Of a stretch of 64,000 nucleotides of DNA, positions 1 to 22,386 are shown in pieces (position 1 is the first letter of the stretch; every line of letters starts with the position of its first letter). Position numbers and translations under genes: made by a program. The notes below the pieces were generated by a model. That model did not search any database. It was not told the origin of the DNA and saw nothing but the letters and a program-made list of their open reading frames with translations. This stretch comes from Schmidtea polychroa. Its lineage: Eukaryota. Location of the stretch: contig CM097885.1 of NCBI GenBank assembly GCA_044892525.1, positions 27,902,001-27,966,000 of the forward strand, given 5' to 3'.

Positions 1-307
1 TATCTGTCATTTCACAAAAATATTAATGCTCGAATTATTATAAACACATGATATAACCGTTGTATTTAAGTAACAAGAAATTATATAAATTAAAAATACT
101 TCTATTCATTCATTAAACATTGTTAGTCAGACTTTATTCAACACATAGGCACTTATGATCTACTCTATATAATTATCTGAAGGATCATAATCCAGATTAT
201 ATTGGGGTTGGGTAAAGCGGTCAGGTTTTACTCTATTTTACATTATAAAGGTTTTATAGTCGGTGATTGATCACCGTATAATTTTACACCAATTTCTAAG
301 ACCGAAT

Positions 308-3648
<3,341 letters not shown>

Positions 3649-4854
3649 CCGAATCACCAACCATGAATCCTTTACCCATTTCTGGTAAGTACGGTCAGAT
3701 ATCTTTTCGTTACTTTTTACTTCGCATTTTTTCCCAGCGGCTTTGAAACTAAGATTAAAATAATGAATCAAAATTGATGTTTTAAATCCATAGTCCAAAG
3801 TACAATTAAATCTTATTTTTTGCTGCCTTTCAAAAATGTTAATATAACACTTGATAAATTTTGTGATCTCTTGTCAGAATGCAAATAAATAAAATAATGT
3901 TCCGTGTTAATGTTAAGGAAGATAATTATATTATTATATTTTATTACAACACATTACATGTAGCTGCCGAAACTAACGCAACGTAATATATTCTTAACTG
4001 CAAAAGGTCGATTGAATAACATCGCTACAAGACGCTATTACGTAACCTTATAAAACAAAATTAAATTAAATATTATCAACAATATACAGCGTATCTGTAT
4101 TGATGATCGAAACTAACTTAACTAATTTTTATTAGAGTCATAAAAAGTTTGATGTTGTTGTGCAATGAAATTTCGAGTAAAAGTTAAGAAATCCTAAAAT
4201 AACGAAGAGAAAATTTTGTAATATTTGTTTCAGTATATTAAATCATAGTTTTATTAATTATTAATTTGCTGGTCACAAAAATATTATTAAAATTTGTCTA
4301 TAAATTATGAGATGTATTTAAAATAGTTATTATATATCTGTATGTTTGTGGTATGTTGAAATTGTATAATTACATCGCTCGGGATATTATTTATATTTAG
4401 TTAAATTCTCCACGTATATTAGATTGGAAAATTATTTTTGTTTTAATAATATATTCTGGAAACACTTATGAATAAAGTTAAATCATGGCACGCGTTAGCC
4501 CTTTTATTGGCACTCTTTAAACTTCCATATTTGTTAATGTTTTCGAAACAATTACCCTAAAGTTGAAATCAATAATTATTGTTTTTTATTAATCTACAAT
4601 TAAAATAGATTAAAAAGCAAAAAAGAATAAATAGGTGTAAAATATCAATATGGAATTTTTATCTTTAATACTAAAATGATGTTATATAATATGTATTTAT
4701 TTACTATTGATGTTGAAACCATTCCTGTTGCTGTTTTGTTTTGTTTTAGCTATTTAAAAAAAATATGAAAAGCAAGCAAATTTTCAATAAAGGTAAGAAG
4801 TTCTCTTATTGATTTCATTTTTTTATGTATAATCATTTCAACAAAAAATTAGTT

Positions 4855-5045
4855 ATGCCGAAGAAGCAGAGAGTGGACAATAGCTGTCGTTTCCTTCAAA
4901 GTAACTGGGAAAAAAGATTATTTCTTTATCGAGATTGTAAATAAACCAATTTCCTTAATTTGTCTAAGTTCTGTTTCTTGTAAGAAAAAATGGAGTCTCG
5001 AAAGAAATTTTTTACATGCCATGAAAATTATTCTTAACATTCTAA
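4855..5045 (+). pseudogene. Degenerate N-terminus of a hAT (SPIN/Charlie/GTF2IRD2-like) transposase
   Basis: With one frameshift it translates to MPKKQRVDNSCRFLQSNWEK/DYFFIEIVNKPISLICLSSVSCKKKWSLERNF, matching the KRKV..CR.F...W...YFF......CLIC...V...K..NL.RH zinc-finger pattern. Confidence 0.6.
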
Positions 5046-7001
5046 TGAGCCTAAAGAAATTGAACTTCAAAAATTATAGACAGTATTTTCAAAAGTCAAA
5101 TTTAATGAAATGAATGATGATCCAATTGATTTTGATAAATTACCCAATAATATTAATGAATGATTTTAATAAAAAATTTGAATTTTTTAAATTGCCACAA
5201 TTTATTTAAGAAAATTTTTTTTGGCACTTGTTGAAAATATTGTGGGCATTACTGTGTTTCAATATATTTTATTATTTATATCAATTAAATGTTTATACCA
5301 CGTTCCAATTTAATCATATCAAACAAAATTACTCAAGTTGATGGCAAAACCGATCAAGTCTCAAAAATCTTCGAAAATTTGAAATGAAGAATCATTTTGG
5401 CCATTTTCATTTATTATAAAATTCTTTAATCATAGGAAGAATAATAATTTTCATTTTCAATGATGGTGAAAATTTCAAAATTTCGCTAATTTGAAAACGT
5501 ATTGAAGATGGTGACTATTGCATAGTCAAAGAAATTCGTGGTAGTTTTTTATTTTGGGATTTTTTACACTAAAAAACATTCCAAGTTTTGAAAATGCCCA
5601 CTAGTTAAGAGAAATAAGTTTTTGAATATAAAATCAGTAATTTTTTATATATTCAAAATTCTTATTAGATTATTAACTGTAAATGTTGAAAAATGTTCAC
5701 GGCATCTTAAAATTATTTTTTAAATATGTTTCCATCTTGACAATCATTTTCTTTTCCAGTTTTTATCAATACTACGGTTTGAGATGGAAAAATTCTCATG
5801 TATTTGCAGAGGCACTCCTCGTTGGCGTGTATTTCACACAGGCGGCCGTTTGAAAGTGCGGCAAATTTAAAATAAAAACAATTTGCAAAAAAAATTACAT
5901 TTTGTAAAATAAAAAAAAATTACGACTATTTTGTCATTGTACTCATTGTGCATGTGATGGTGTCATTGAACACACTCCAGCTTAATTTGCATATATCTGT
6001 AATTATCTTGTCAAAGTTATTTGGTGTTTTAAGGTATTATGATACAGTATTTGTATGAGTATTTGGAGGAAAAGAGTTGTTTGAAAATTTGAAAAAAAAT
6101 TATTTGAAAATTTCGGGTTTTATGAGGTTTTTGGACTATGTGTTTTAGGAAAATAAATGCAGGAAAATACAGTAACTACATAATAAAAAACCGCTCAATT
6201 TCAGGAATTACTGTATTTAAATACATCTGGAAATGTAAAACAAGCCTGTTTTGCAAGTTTTTATTAATTGAATATTTTTGGTCATTATATTATTCTAAAT
6301 TGAATTGTATCTGAAATTTTAATTATAATCGTACAAATTAACTTCCTCCTTAAAATCTATTCTTGTTTTGTTCCTCTCTTTTTCAATCCTTCGACGGGCG
6401 CAAATAATCTAATAGATTCTTCGTCATACCTTAATGTAAACAATGTGCATGTTTATATTTTTTAGTTGGTTACAATATGAATAAAATATCATTATAAGAA
6501 CTTTTTTCCAATTTCACCACTGATTTCTTTTCCATTGTATTTATTAAAAAGCTATGAAACAGTTAATATATCGATGTTTTTGATATATTTACTGATTCAT
6601 AGTCTTCAAGCTTTTTAATAAAGAAAACATCTGTTTAGTTACTTTATAAGGTTTTTTCTTTAATTTTCATTTCAAGTAATTTCTTAATTGTGCCTTAACC
6701 CGTGTCATTCTGAATTGTGTCCATCGAAGGGTTTATATCTGAATTAAAAAAAACATTTTTTTTATATTTTAAAGATTTTTATTTATCTAAATTTCGTACA
6801 TCCGACTTATTCCAGATGCATTTCTTTTGTAATCTCCTTTCTAAGACCTGTAAATATTCTTGTCTTCCATGTCAAAATTCAAGTAATCGAATTTTAATTT
6901 ACTTAATTAAACATTTTTACAGTTATTTGTATATAACTGTAATGCTAATGCAATCGAATTATTGTAATATTTCTTCTGTTTAAACTAATATAATAATTTA
7001 G

Positions 7002-9441
7002 ATGATGGTTCAACGAGTGTTATCGGCGAAAAATCTTTCCCATGCCAAAGGTGGCACTATATTTGCAGGAATTTTGAAACTTCTACCTTTATTCGTAATG
7101 GTGATGCCTGGAATGATCAGTCGAATTTTATTCCCTGGTATTTATTATTATTTTTGTTGACCCCTAAAAATAGGATCAAATTTTATAAACATTTTTCATT
7201 CAAGTTATTTTTGATCATGGATATTTGGTCATAGTAATTTTTCTACAGTTTTCAAAAGATAAATTTTGAAAGACAATAAACATGCTTAGATGAAATTGGA
7301 CAGAAAATTAAAAAATAAAATAATAAAATAGTCATAAAAGCAACATATTTCATTGTAAAGAAAACTTTTGAAAGTGATCAAATATTTGCTAGCGAGCAGT
7401 AATATTAATGAAAAACTTAATTATTAAAAATTAATTAAAATAGGATTAATTAGGTAATTATTATTAGTTACAAATTATCAATTCGACAAACTCAGACAAT
7501 GAAAAGTAAATGTGTTCAATTGAATAGAAAAGCTTAGAACTTCAGTGGAAAGGTTCACAATTTAGAACTTTATAGTATAGTAATGTGCACTCCAGATCCT
7601 CGACTCATAAATCTTTTTTTATTTTTGGGAGAATGATGGAAGAGTACTTTTTAGCGAGACTCCTCCAAAAACTTTTTAAAAATTTTTATTTTAATCCACG
7701 ATCACATAATAATTTATAAAAACTTGTGTTTAAATGGAAGATTATGTAACTTTTAAATTTTTGTTTTAATCGAGGATTACGAGGATTACTCGATTGCTTG
7801 AAATTAAATTCTCTATTTAATAGGCATATTACATCATCACAACTTTGAAATTTATTTTTAGTGTACAGGCAACCCCAGTTCACCGCGACCCCGGCGAGTG
7901 CGAATTCGTTACAACGCGACCGACAATTTTAAAATAATATTTTTCAGACACCTTGACAGTGCGATAAATCTTCATAATGAGTGACGCATAATGTTCTTGC
8001 TCACTTGCATGCATATAAATGTACATAGTAAGTCATGAGAGTGAGTGAGACAAAATAACGTCGCTACGTGGCTCCTAGTAGATACAATTTACATACATAC
8101 AGTTGACCTAGTTTAGCTTATCATTCGAGAGATGGTATTCATACTTTGTTAAAATCACAAGGTGAACCCTTGACTAATGAAGAGCTTCGGGAAATGGACT
8201 GTATACATTCCTAGAAAATGACGTATCCGAACCTATTCCAGTCAGAAGTTTGACTGTAAAAACTATCGAAAAGGCCCTTTCTCTTCACAATCAATGCATG
8301 GAGTTGTTAGAAGAGAACGATGAAGATTAAGAGCGAGTAAATGCTATTAAATGTGGCTGTAATGCATTGCTTGATGGTTATCGGCAAATGTTGCGCAATA
8401 AACGTAGAGAAGCCAAACAAGGGAATCTAGATTCCTTTAGACAACGTCGCCAAAAATGAATAAATCCATTGTATTTTTTTAAAATTCTTAATGTTATTTT
8501 CAATGTTTATTTAATACATATAAAGTTTTCGAGTCTTTAAATGTTTTTTTCAAAAATCCTTCTTTGATCGCGATATTTCGATTAATGCGATCATGTCCAG
8601 AATGTATCCACTGCGTTGAATGGGGGTCACCTGTACCATTTTTTAAATTTTCATATCATTCATATGAAACAATGTACAGGTAGAATTAATTTCTCTACAA
8701 AATGACATCATTAATAATTTCAAATTCACAGTCTATACACATTAAACAGCGCCTTTCTGTCTACCAACTTTTACATATACACACATATTTCTAACATATA
8801 AAAAATACAAATTATTCATATATACTTAAGAAAACCCATTGTACTATAGAAAAATCATTTTAAAAGGCATTAAAAACTAATCATTTCACACTAGACTTTC
8901 ACGCATCGCACATTAATCTTTGTATATACAAAACTCCTTGATCGCTTGTGATCACTAATATTAATTTATTCCTCTGTCAACAGTGATTAAGAACTTGAAA
9001 ACGGAGGCAACTGGTAGTTATTCCTATGTATCTGGCATAGCACATATGGTATTTTAATTCATAACCAGTATTCGAACACGATCTAAGTTTAAATACACTA
9101 ATAAACACTAAGCACAATCAAAACCACTCGGAAACAATCTAAAATATAGAATATACACAACCGTGTACTGAACATCTTTGCCTAAAATATATGCATTCAA
9201 ATGATATTACCTAAAAATGTAAAAAAATTTTAAATGTATTTAAGAATATTTTTTTATATAAATTTAAAAATTTATAAATAATTTTATTCATTTAATATTT
9301 TAAAAAATTTTATAATTTTGTTCGAAAAAACAATTTAACATTTATATAGTTTTTTCGTTTCTACCTGATGATGACCGTCAATTTGTCGAAATGCATAGTA
9401 TAAAAGATGTTCGATTGGTGTTTTCAATTATTATAATTATA

Positions 9442-9513
<72 letters not shown>

Positions 9514-12081
9514 TTTATAGATGAAGTTGCTTGTGCCTCTGCCGAAGACTGTATTCGAGTTTGTGGGCAGGCGAGTGGCTGTTCAAATTTAGCATATCCA
9601 AAATTGGTTATCAAGCTTCTTCCTGATGGTAATTTTCTAAACTACTAATTGTAATTAATTGATAAATAATCAAAATAACGCAAAACGTGTTTGTTTTGCA
9701 CCACTAGCCACATAAACTATTTTTTAGCCGTCGTTCAGAATGTTTTCAATATCTTCGTTACAATTTAAGACAGAAATAAATAAAATACATAAATTTGTCC
9801 TTATAGGTTTTTTCACTCAAAACTATATTAACAAATAAAAAATATTTTAAGAAATTAAAACTAGAATAACCAAAAAATACTAGAATAAAAAAAATAAAAT
9901 CAATTATAAAAAATATACAACAAAATTTTGACTTTTAAAATGTTCTCTTAATACTTCTTTCGACTAGTCAGAGGGGGGGAATGACTTCAGCCTCTGGCTG
10001 GCGATGTGCGCGTTGTTTTGTGAGAGTTAAACTGCTTGTCAAATTGGTGTGCGTACACAGATGCGAGGAATAGGTAATTTATATTTTTTAATTTTATAAT
10101 GGATTGATTAGTGGGTTTTGTTTAAAAAGAGATTTTTTGAAAGGAATTTTGAAATGGTAGTTTTTCTAGAAAAGATAAAGTTTCTTTGTTAAATGGCTTC
10201 AGGTGTTAAATGTGAACCTTCAGTTGAAGAATATCTTAATTACATTAAATTACAACACAGATTTCAATATGCAATCTTTGAACTGAACAAACAGAAGGAT
10301 AGAATTATTCAATTAGAAAAGGGGGAATTAGGTACTCCTTATGAAAGATTCAGATTACACATGATCGAAACATATGGTAAAGAAGGTTGCTATGCATTAT
10401 ATGACTATCAGGGTACTTTGGCGTTTATATCGTGGAAACCAGAAACACTGAAAATCAATAGTCGTATGATTATGGGTGCTTCAAAATTAAAGATTGCAAC
10501 CAACATCTATCCAAACAGTCTTATTTCTTGGTTTCATAAATTGTTTGTTTCGAATTTCTATGAGTTTTCATTCCTTTTCATTTTTCTTCTTTTTATGGGA
10601 TTGATTTAATAATTACTGAAATGAGTTGCCTATAAATTGTCAAATTCAGGTTTACGTGGCTTGATGTTGTCGGTAATGTTAGCAGCTCTTGTGTCGGATT
10701 TGACATCAATTTTCAATTCTGCCAGTACCCTATTTACAATGGACATTTATCGGTTGATCCGGCCTCTGGCCAAGAATCGAGAATTAATGATTATCGGAAG
10801 GTTTAATTATTTTATTTTGAATTTTATTTTAATTGTCATAGACTATTTGTGTTGATTATGATTGGTTTGAGTATTCTATGGTTACCGGTGATTCAGAATA
10901 TGCAAGGGGGTCAATTGTTCATTTATATTCAATCTGTAGGTGGATACCTCTCACCACCAATCGCCGCATCATATATTGTGGCAATATTCTGGTCCCGGGG
11001 AAACGAAAAAGTTATTTTTAAAATATTTTAATATTCTGTTAAATTTAAAATTTCTCTCATTTTAATTAACGATAAAGAATTATATCGAAACAAACAATTT
11101 TTTTGATAAAATAGTTTGTCATAATTTTTATATATTGATTATGCACTCTTAATTTAATTGTTTAATAAATCTAAATTGACATATGGTTTTAATTAAAAGT
11201 TTTCAATAATATTCACTAAAAGTTATCTACCAATTAAATTTATTATTATTATTTTTAGTAGTTTTATTAATAATATTATTATTACTTGTATTATTATTAT
11301 TACTATTTTTTATTATTATTATTATGATTATGATTATGATTATGATTATCATAATGTAATGATTAATTGGTAGCAGCATTGATTAAATGATAAACAATTA
11401 AAGATTAGTATATTTTTCAATAAAATGAAATAATTTTCGATTATAACAATAATCTGGATCAATTTCTTGGAATTAAGCTCTTTCAATTTTCAAATGCATT
11501 TTGATCTTTTTTGTTTTCATGTGCTCTCTTCTCATTGGTTGAAATAAAAAAAATAAATCAAAATACAATTTTTTTCAAGAATTCGAAAATAAAGTTACTG
11601 TAAAACTCAAAATAAAAGAATATTACATTTTCAAAGCCTTTATAAATAGTTTTAATTATTTTATTAAAAAATATCATAAAATATTTGTTTATAAAAATAT
11701 TTAAATAAAACTTTTATTATATTTTGATTTTTATTCCTGGTGATTCTTAAATTTTTATTCAAAATTTAATCTACTTATGTATATTTTTAGATTTCAAAAA
11801 AATTATTTTAAAAAAAATTGTAAAAGTAAATAAAAATCAGACTGGTTATTTCAAATTTCGAATGTTTGATAAAAATTTTATTTTGATTTATTTTATTTAT
11901 TTCAACCAATGAGAAGAGATCACATGAAAACAAAAAAGAAGATCAAAAATCATTTAGAAAATTGAAACAGCTAAATTCTAAAAAATTCATCAGGATTATT
12001 TGTATAAATCGAAAATTATTTCATTTTATTGAATTTATTTTACTTTGCAGCAAAAGGATTATATTATCATTTATATCTTTA

Positions 12082-12179
<98 letters not shown>

Positions 12180-12680
12180 ATAGTTAAACATATATGGCAA
12201 TGATTTAATTATAAGATAACGCTAATCAAACATTCTTTTCACGATATATTTCGACAGTTTTCCTGTCATCATCAGGTGGGATATAATAACTATAAAAATT
12301 AAGGATTTTAAACAAATTTATTAATTATATATAAAATAATATTTTTTATTTAATAAAATTTCGATATTTCTTAGGAACGTTTGATTTGTGAGGCGTTCTT
12401 GATAAAGTCATTGAATCCGAAAATTAATGTGCAGAATGCAGTAAATACTTGTGTTTTGAGTGTTTTTAAATAATTTTTTTTGTATGTTGTATGTATTGAT
12501 TGCTGTATAAAATTAAATAATTAATAAAAATTTTAAATTATTAAGTTAAATTTTGAATGCTAAAATTTTAAAAAATAATATATTAATTTAATTATAATTT
12601 TTTAAAAAATAATTAAATGATTTTATTAAATAAAAAATATTTTTTTATATATAATTAATAAATATATAGTGAAAAGAATG

Positions 12681-12723
<43 letters not shown>

Positions 12724-13311
12724 CATTATTATCATTATTATTATTATTGTAATTAATACTAATATTACTAAACATTTTAATTGATTTTTTATATTGAGAA
12801 TTCCAAATTATAATTATTCTTGGAATTATTTATTTTAGGGTGCAATCACTAGTCTCATTTACGGATTAATAATCGGTGGAGTGCGAATGATCATGGATTT
12901 CATTTGGAAAGAAGTCCCTTGCGATCAAATGGATACTAGACCTCTGTTCTTACAAAAGTTTCATTACATGTATTTTGCATTGTTTTCATTTAGTTCTTGT
13001 TGCATTGTCATGATAGTAATTTCATTGCTTACTGAACCGTTATCTAAAAGCTTTACTGAAAGGACAACATATTGGAATTATTGGAAACAAGATATTGTTA
13101 CTCCAGAAGATATTATTTTTTCGGTTCCATTAAAAGAAAAGTCGATAGTTGCACCGAAAAGGACAGTAGAACTAGGTAATAATAATTATACATAATAATA
13201 ATAATAATAATAAAACAATAAAATCTATCTTATAGTCGAAAGTTATTTCATTAAATACATTATTGGCAGCAAAAGGCTTAAATTATCATTTTATTGTTTT
13301 AAATAATAATA

Positions 13312-13364
<53 letters not shown>

Positions 13365-13536
13365 CATTGTAGTCGTTAGAGACAATTAAATTCAAGTCTT
13401 CACCAAACTTTTATTTATAAATTACAATTTTACATTTCCTCGTTTTTCTCTGCAAATTTAAACAACTAAGCGTGGTAATTATTAATATTGATGAAACTAT
13501 TGATTATAAATATAATTTAATATCGATTTAAATATA

Positions 13537-13578
<42 letters not shown>

Positions 13579-13615
13579 TAATAATAATAATTAATAATAA
13601 TAACAAATAATAATA

Positions 13616-13666
<51 letters not shown>

Positions 13667-14006
13667 TATAATAATAAATTTAGAACTTGAAAATATTGGA
13701 GGTCGCCATAAATGCAAAATGATGTTCTTGCATTACTGGAACAAATTCCTTGGATTTAGTGACACTGCTGAAACGGGCTCGTATGTCGTTCCAATAACTG
13801 AGGAGCAATCTGAATTATTTCGTAAATCTATTTTAAATCGGCTTTACCAACGGAAACGGGATAGATACATTCTCAATGTTTTGATGGTTTCCCAAATCAT
13901 TTTTGTCTGTGTTTGTTTTATCGTGTTCTCAGTTGCGTTTCCAGAAATCAAGATCGGCAAGGTTCCATTTTACAATTCTACGGTTAACTCTAGGAAAATA
14001 TCATAA
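7002..14006 (+). CDS. SLC5A (SGLT/SMIT-like) sodium:solute symporter, 3' part; exons 7002-7137, 9521-9628, 10650-10800, 10842-11010, 12839-13175, 13684-14006
   Basis: Exons join in frame at GT-AG junctions: [101 protein letters not shown]. These are SLC5A signatures. The 5' exons are not found in the window. AATAAA near 14213. Confidence 0.93.
7866..8633 (+). mobile_element. Internally deleted Tigger/pogo (Tc1-mariner) element in an SLC5A intron
   Basis: TA-flanked imperfect TIRs (CAGGCAACCCCAGTTCACCGCG / CGTTGAATGGGGGTCACCTG). The interior encodes a Tigger-like C-terminus ([40 protein letters not shown]). Confidence 0.75.
9362..9400 (+). ncRNA. Minimal type I hammerhead ribozyme (Penelope-like element end)
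   Basis: tac-CTGATGA-T-GAC(loop)GTC-GAAA-TGCA-TA-gta. Stem III is palindromic (ATGCAT) and stem I is tac/gta. An (ATT)n tract follows. Confidence 0.65.
10193..10609 (+). pseudogene. ADF/cofilin-like gene fragment nested in an SLC5A intron (homology lost after ~10508)
   Basis: [47 protein letters not shown] is the ADF-H pattern. The last ~30 aa of the fold are replaced by hydrophobic intron-like sequence. Candidate 5'UTR intron ~10074-10169. Confidence 0.75.
12190..12690. mobile_element. Penelope-like element remnant: GIY-YIG C-terminus (+) with an inverted hammerhead-bearing terminal segment (-)
   Basis: ~12375-12469 reads [25 protein letters not shown], typical of a PLE endonuclease end. 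Minus strand 12278-12240 is cac-CTGATGA-T-GACAG-gaaaa-CTGTC-GAAA-TATA-TC-gtg. Flanked by (ATT)n. Confidence 0.65.
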
Positions 14007-16103
14007 TGTTTGAAATTGATTTTTATAAGTTTTTTGAAAGAATTCTTATTGTATTGTGGCACTTGATCAATGATTTTTGTAGCACAATAATAATATTAAA
14101 AAAATGTTTGATTTCTTTTTATTGTGTTTACTTTTTCAAAAATATTTCAATTTTACAATATGCGATTTTTAATTCAATTCTATCTGAAAATCGACTTTTT
14201 CTATCCAATGATAATAAATCCATTTTATAAATATAATTTGATTCAATTTGATTTTTAAAATTTTATAATAACTTTTAATTTTAATCGACTGCAGGAGCAT
14301 AAGAATAATTGAAGCATTTGAAATATATTTATTAACTAATACAATGTACTATATAGATTATAGTTTTGAAAGTTTGAATGACGATCGTTGGAATCTGAAT
14401 TAAGATCTTCGTTTCGTATCTGTTCCATTTCTGCGACTGAGATTGGCAAAAGCAAACAAGTGATCATATTGGTCCAAAAGAATGGTTTGGTCTTTCTTTT
14501 TCAAACTTCAAGTGTGAACTTTGAACACTGATAACACAGAAATACACAAAGAACAAAGAGATATATGTTGATAGGATACATTCGATGTTGAGTTTAAGTG
14601 GTACGATATCCCACAAACTGTTATGATTCCAGAGTTTTGAATAAATTTTATTTTCTTTTCTAAAATTGAAATACGATCTGATATTTCCATTAGGTGAACT
14701 TTGGACACTGATATAAAGAACAGAAAGATTGATGTTGGTGTGATTATAAGTCTGATTTAGATGTGAAGTGGTTCCATGTTTCACAAATTGTTATAATTCA
14801 AAAGTTTTAAGACATTTCTTTTGTCAGTTATGAAATAAAAGAAAGCAGACAATAATAATATTTAAACAACGTAATTTTAGTTTATTAAATCAATAATGCA
14901 TTTTTAATTTAAAATTAAATAATTAAAAATACTTAATAAAATTTAATGTACACAGGTTTCAAGCACTACATCGACAAATTGAAATATTTGATCAGGCATT
15001 CTGAAAATCTGAATGTTTCTATTTAACGATATATCTTAAGAAGTTGTGGATTTGAATTTTGCATAATGATCATGGTAATGGTAACTAAATTTAGAATATT
15101 ATATGTATAAAACTGAAATGCAACTATAGTAAGTAGTTAGTAGCACGACCACCCGGGGTAGCTCCATTCCCTATCCCCTAGAATTTCTTTTATTGCTCCC
15201 GGGACTGTACTTTTTTTTTCAAATTCACACTATAGTCAGGGGTCTCTTTGGTCTATGGATTTTTCTATACAAAAAGCCATTGTTCCAGAGGACTACAGTA
15301 TATTTTTTCACACTGCAGTCAGAGGACTATTTGATTACTGGAATTTCCTACACAAATCCTGGTCTCTAAATTTTTCTATATGAAAAGCCATTGCTCCAGA
15401 GGACTGCATGGTACTTTTCGCACAATAGTGAAACGATCACTTTGATCGCATTGGTTTTCGTATACTAAATCCAGGTATCGATAGAAAAGCCAAGGCATTT
15501 TTAAAGTCCCAGGATTTTTTGTATACAAAATCCGCTTGTCACTGAAAATTCAAAGATATTTTTAAGGTCTATATAATTTTTCCTATAGAAAATCCAGGTA
15601 TCGTTAAAAAGGCCTAAGTATAAGTAAATTAGTGTAATATTTTCAAAATAAGTATTAGATTTAAAATTTAGTTAGTTATTTAGAGGAATCGATGGGTATT
15701 GAGAAATTAAAGTAATAGTTTAAAATTAAAGCAAATTATGGTAAATTAAGGAAATATTTTAAGGCAAAGTAACAGGTTTAAAATTTTTAGTAAAATATTT
15801 AGTAAAACCAATGGATATTGAGACAATAAGGTTATAATTTAAAATTTTGTAAAATAAAGAAAATTAATGTAATATTTTAAATATAAGTAATAGATTTTAA
15901 ACAAGTAAAAGAGTATTTTTAAATTAAAGTAAATTAGATAAAATTTAAAATAAGTAAATTAAAGTAATAATTTAAAATTTATTGTCAGATATTTTAAAAA
16001 ATCAATGACTTCTGAGAAATTTAATTAAAGTTTAGAATTAGTTTTCAATAGATATTTTTTAAAACAAAGTTTTATGAAATAAATTTTTGTGAATATTAGT
16101 AAT

Positions 16104-16172
<69 letters not shown>

Positions 16173-18084
16173 TCAACCAAGTACTTACAACTAGGTACTA
16201 ACAAACACATAAAAATAATAACAATTAATAACAAAATAATAAGTTTATTCTTCATCACAAATTGGAATATAATATGCTCTTCTTAATTCGGCAAGTAGAT
16301 TGTGTGCTATTTATTTCTTAATATTTGTCTTGACAGCATCTAAAATGACAAGTTAACTTTGAAGGATCTGTACAGACCAAACAATCCTCCATACATTAAA
16401 TCATGTACACAATAACAAATTAACCAACTAAAAAGCTTATTTCTTCAGTATATTTTATCAAATGTTTTTTAAATAAAATTTTTTATTTTTGTTAGAATTC
16501 AAAAATATTTTTTTACTAAATTACAATAAGTAGTTACGAAAACTTTGACTGATTAATTAGAGTGTATAGTCTAAATTTAACAAAAATTGTAGATGAAAAA
16601 TAATTGTCAACTCAACCACTTTAAAATATTACAACACCACGTTGAAATGAATAGTGAAAAAATAAGTGAAATAATTTAAATATTTTAAAGTTACCCAAGT
16701 ATAGAATTCTAATTTTTATTCACAAAAGATCTGCTTAACTTCTTTCTTTGTATTGATTACTAACAACTAGTTTACACCCAATTAACATAATACTAAATTA
16801 TTAATAACCAATCAACTAAATAATTGAAAAAATGATGTTAATCAAGGACAAATTATTTTAAATTATTACCTTCATTTCTCAAATAACAAATACACTTCGT
16901 TCAAAATTTTGTGATAGATACCAAATGGATATCCTTTTAATTTATTCGATTTGCAATCTTTTGATTTGGAAATTCGCTATTCCTTTGCTTAGTAATATTG
17001 TAATTTTTCTTATTCACTGCTGTTATTTATACCACTTGTCTACCATAAATCATTTTTGTTAATGGGTACTGTTGATTGTTTTCTGGGTTGTTTTCTTCAT
17101 AATAATCTCTGTCTCCAATCAATTTGTCAAAACCATGATTTTTGATTTTTAATCCTAGACTCTCCTAGAAACATCATCATTTTAAAATCATTGTATTCGT
17201 CTTCAACTTTGTATTTGTCACCGGTTACCACTCCTTCCGAAATTTTCAATTTTTACATTTTGAATGAATATCTATTTTTAACTTATTTTAACCATTTTCA
17301 ATTTTTCATTTTATTTAATTCATTTTTAGTATAACCCCCAAAAATTTAGTAAACCAATATTGAAATAATTTCGGGCGAGGGTGTGAATTGGAGCATTATC
17401 TAAAATGGTCAGAATTTGCTTCTATAAATCATTGAATTTATTTACCGATTACGAAAATATTTCGTGGCATTCTAACATTTTTTGGGAATTTAATTAAAAT
17501 AACTTTTATTTTGAAAAATTTAGATTTCTTAATCTTCGTGAGCTTTAGTTGGTTTTGTCATTAAGAACTCAACTTTCTGGTAATGAAAAGTGCTCAAAAA
17601 ATAAAAAATTTATTCGCAAATATTTCAGTTGGTGAGATCATTGTATTTTGCGGTAAAAACTTGTTTAGTGTTCATTTTTTGATGAATCTTATTTCATGGT
17701 TCATATTCTTTTAAACTTTAAAGAAATACAAAATAATACAACAAATTTTACATTCATTTTCTACAACCTTTCTTTTTTACAATAGTTTTATTAATAATTT
17801 ACACTTATATACCTTTTTGCTTTCAAAAGATGTGACGATATTTCTTTTTGACATGAAATAACTAACTAAGAGTAACAATTAGTTTTCATCCCATCCTTTA
17901 TTTCAGGCGTCAACTAATCTTAGTTTATCCATTAAATTTGAAAATAAGGAATGATCTCGTATGAAATGAAAATTTTTCAAATGATTTTGTCACAAAAGAT
18001 TTGTGTAATAAATCTATTGGCATTGTTTAACTCATTTTTATTGTTATCCTTAAGCATTTTATTGATCTACTATAAAATCAAGAT

Positions 18085-18118
<34 letters not shown>

Positions 18119-18478
18119 TGGAATGGACAATGATAACATATTAACAAAATAATTTTATAATAGCTATATTGGAATTATTTCTTCAACTTCAGTCATATAT
18201 ATTTGAAGTTCCGACTCACATTACGCAAAAAGCACTTAAAAAATAATAATGCTATGATATAATTATGGTAAAAGAAAATTAATAAGATGGAAAAAATAGT
18301 TTTGAAATTTAAATATATCCGCTTAACAATGGAAAAGACGTTTGATTGCAATTGACATAAGGTAAGGTTCATGTTATTTTGTAAACATTACAATTCACTC
18401 AAAATCTACCTCATGCTCAAATAGTGAAGAAAAGTGAGAAATGTGAGAAAATCAAAGTGAAATTTAATTTAGAAAAAA

Positions 18479-22386
<3,908 letters not shown>

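Noticed and set aside
5760..6930. Possible decayed minus-strand coding or transposon sequence
   Set aside because: Too degenerate to assign a motif or boundaries.
14330..14800. Short minus-strand ORFs with a local duplication
   Set aside because: No recognisable domain or consistent splice model.
15140..15620. Imperfect ~60-bp tandem units
   Set aside because: Probably transposon subterminal repeats, but no termini could be defined.
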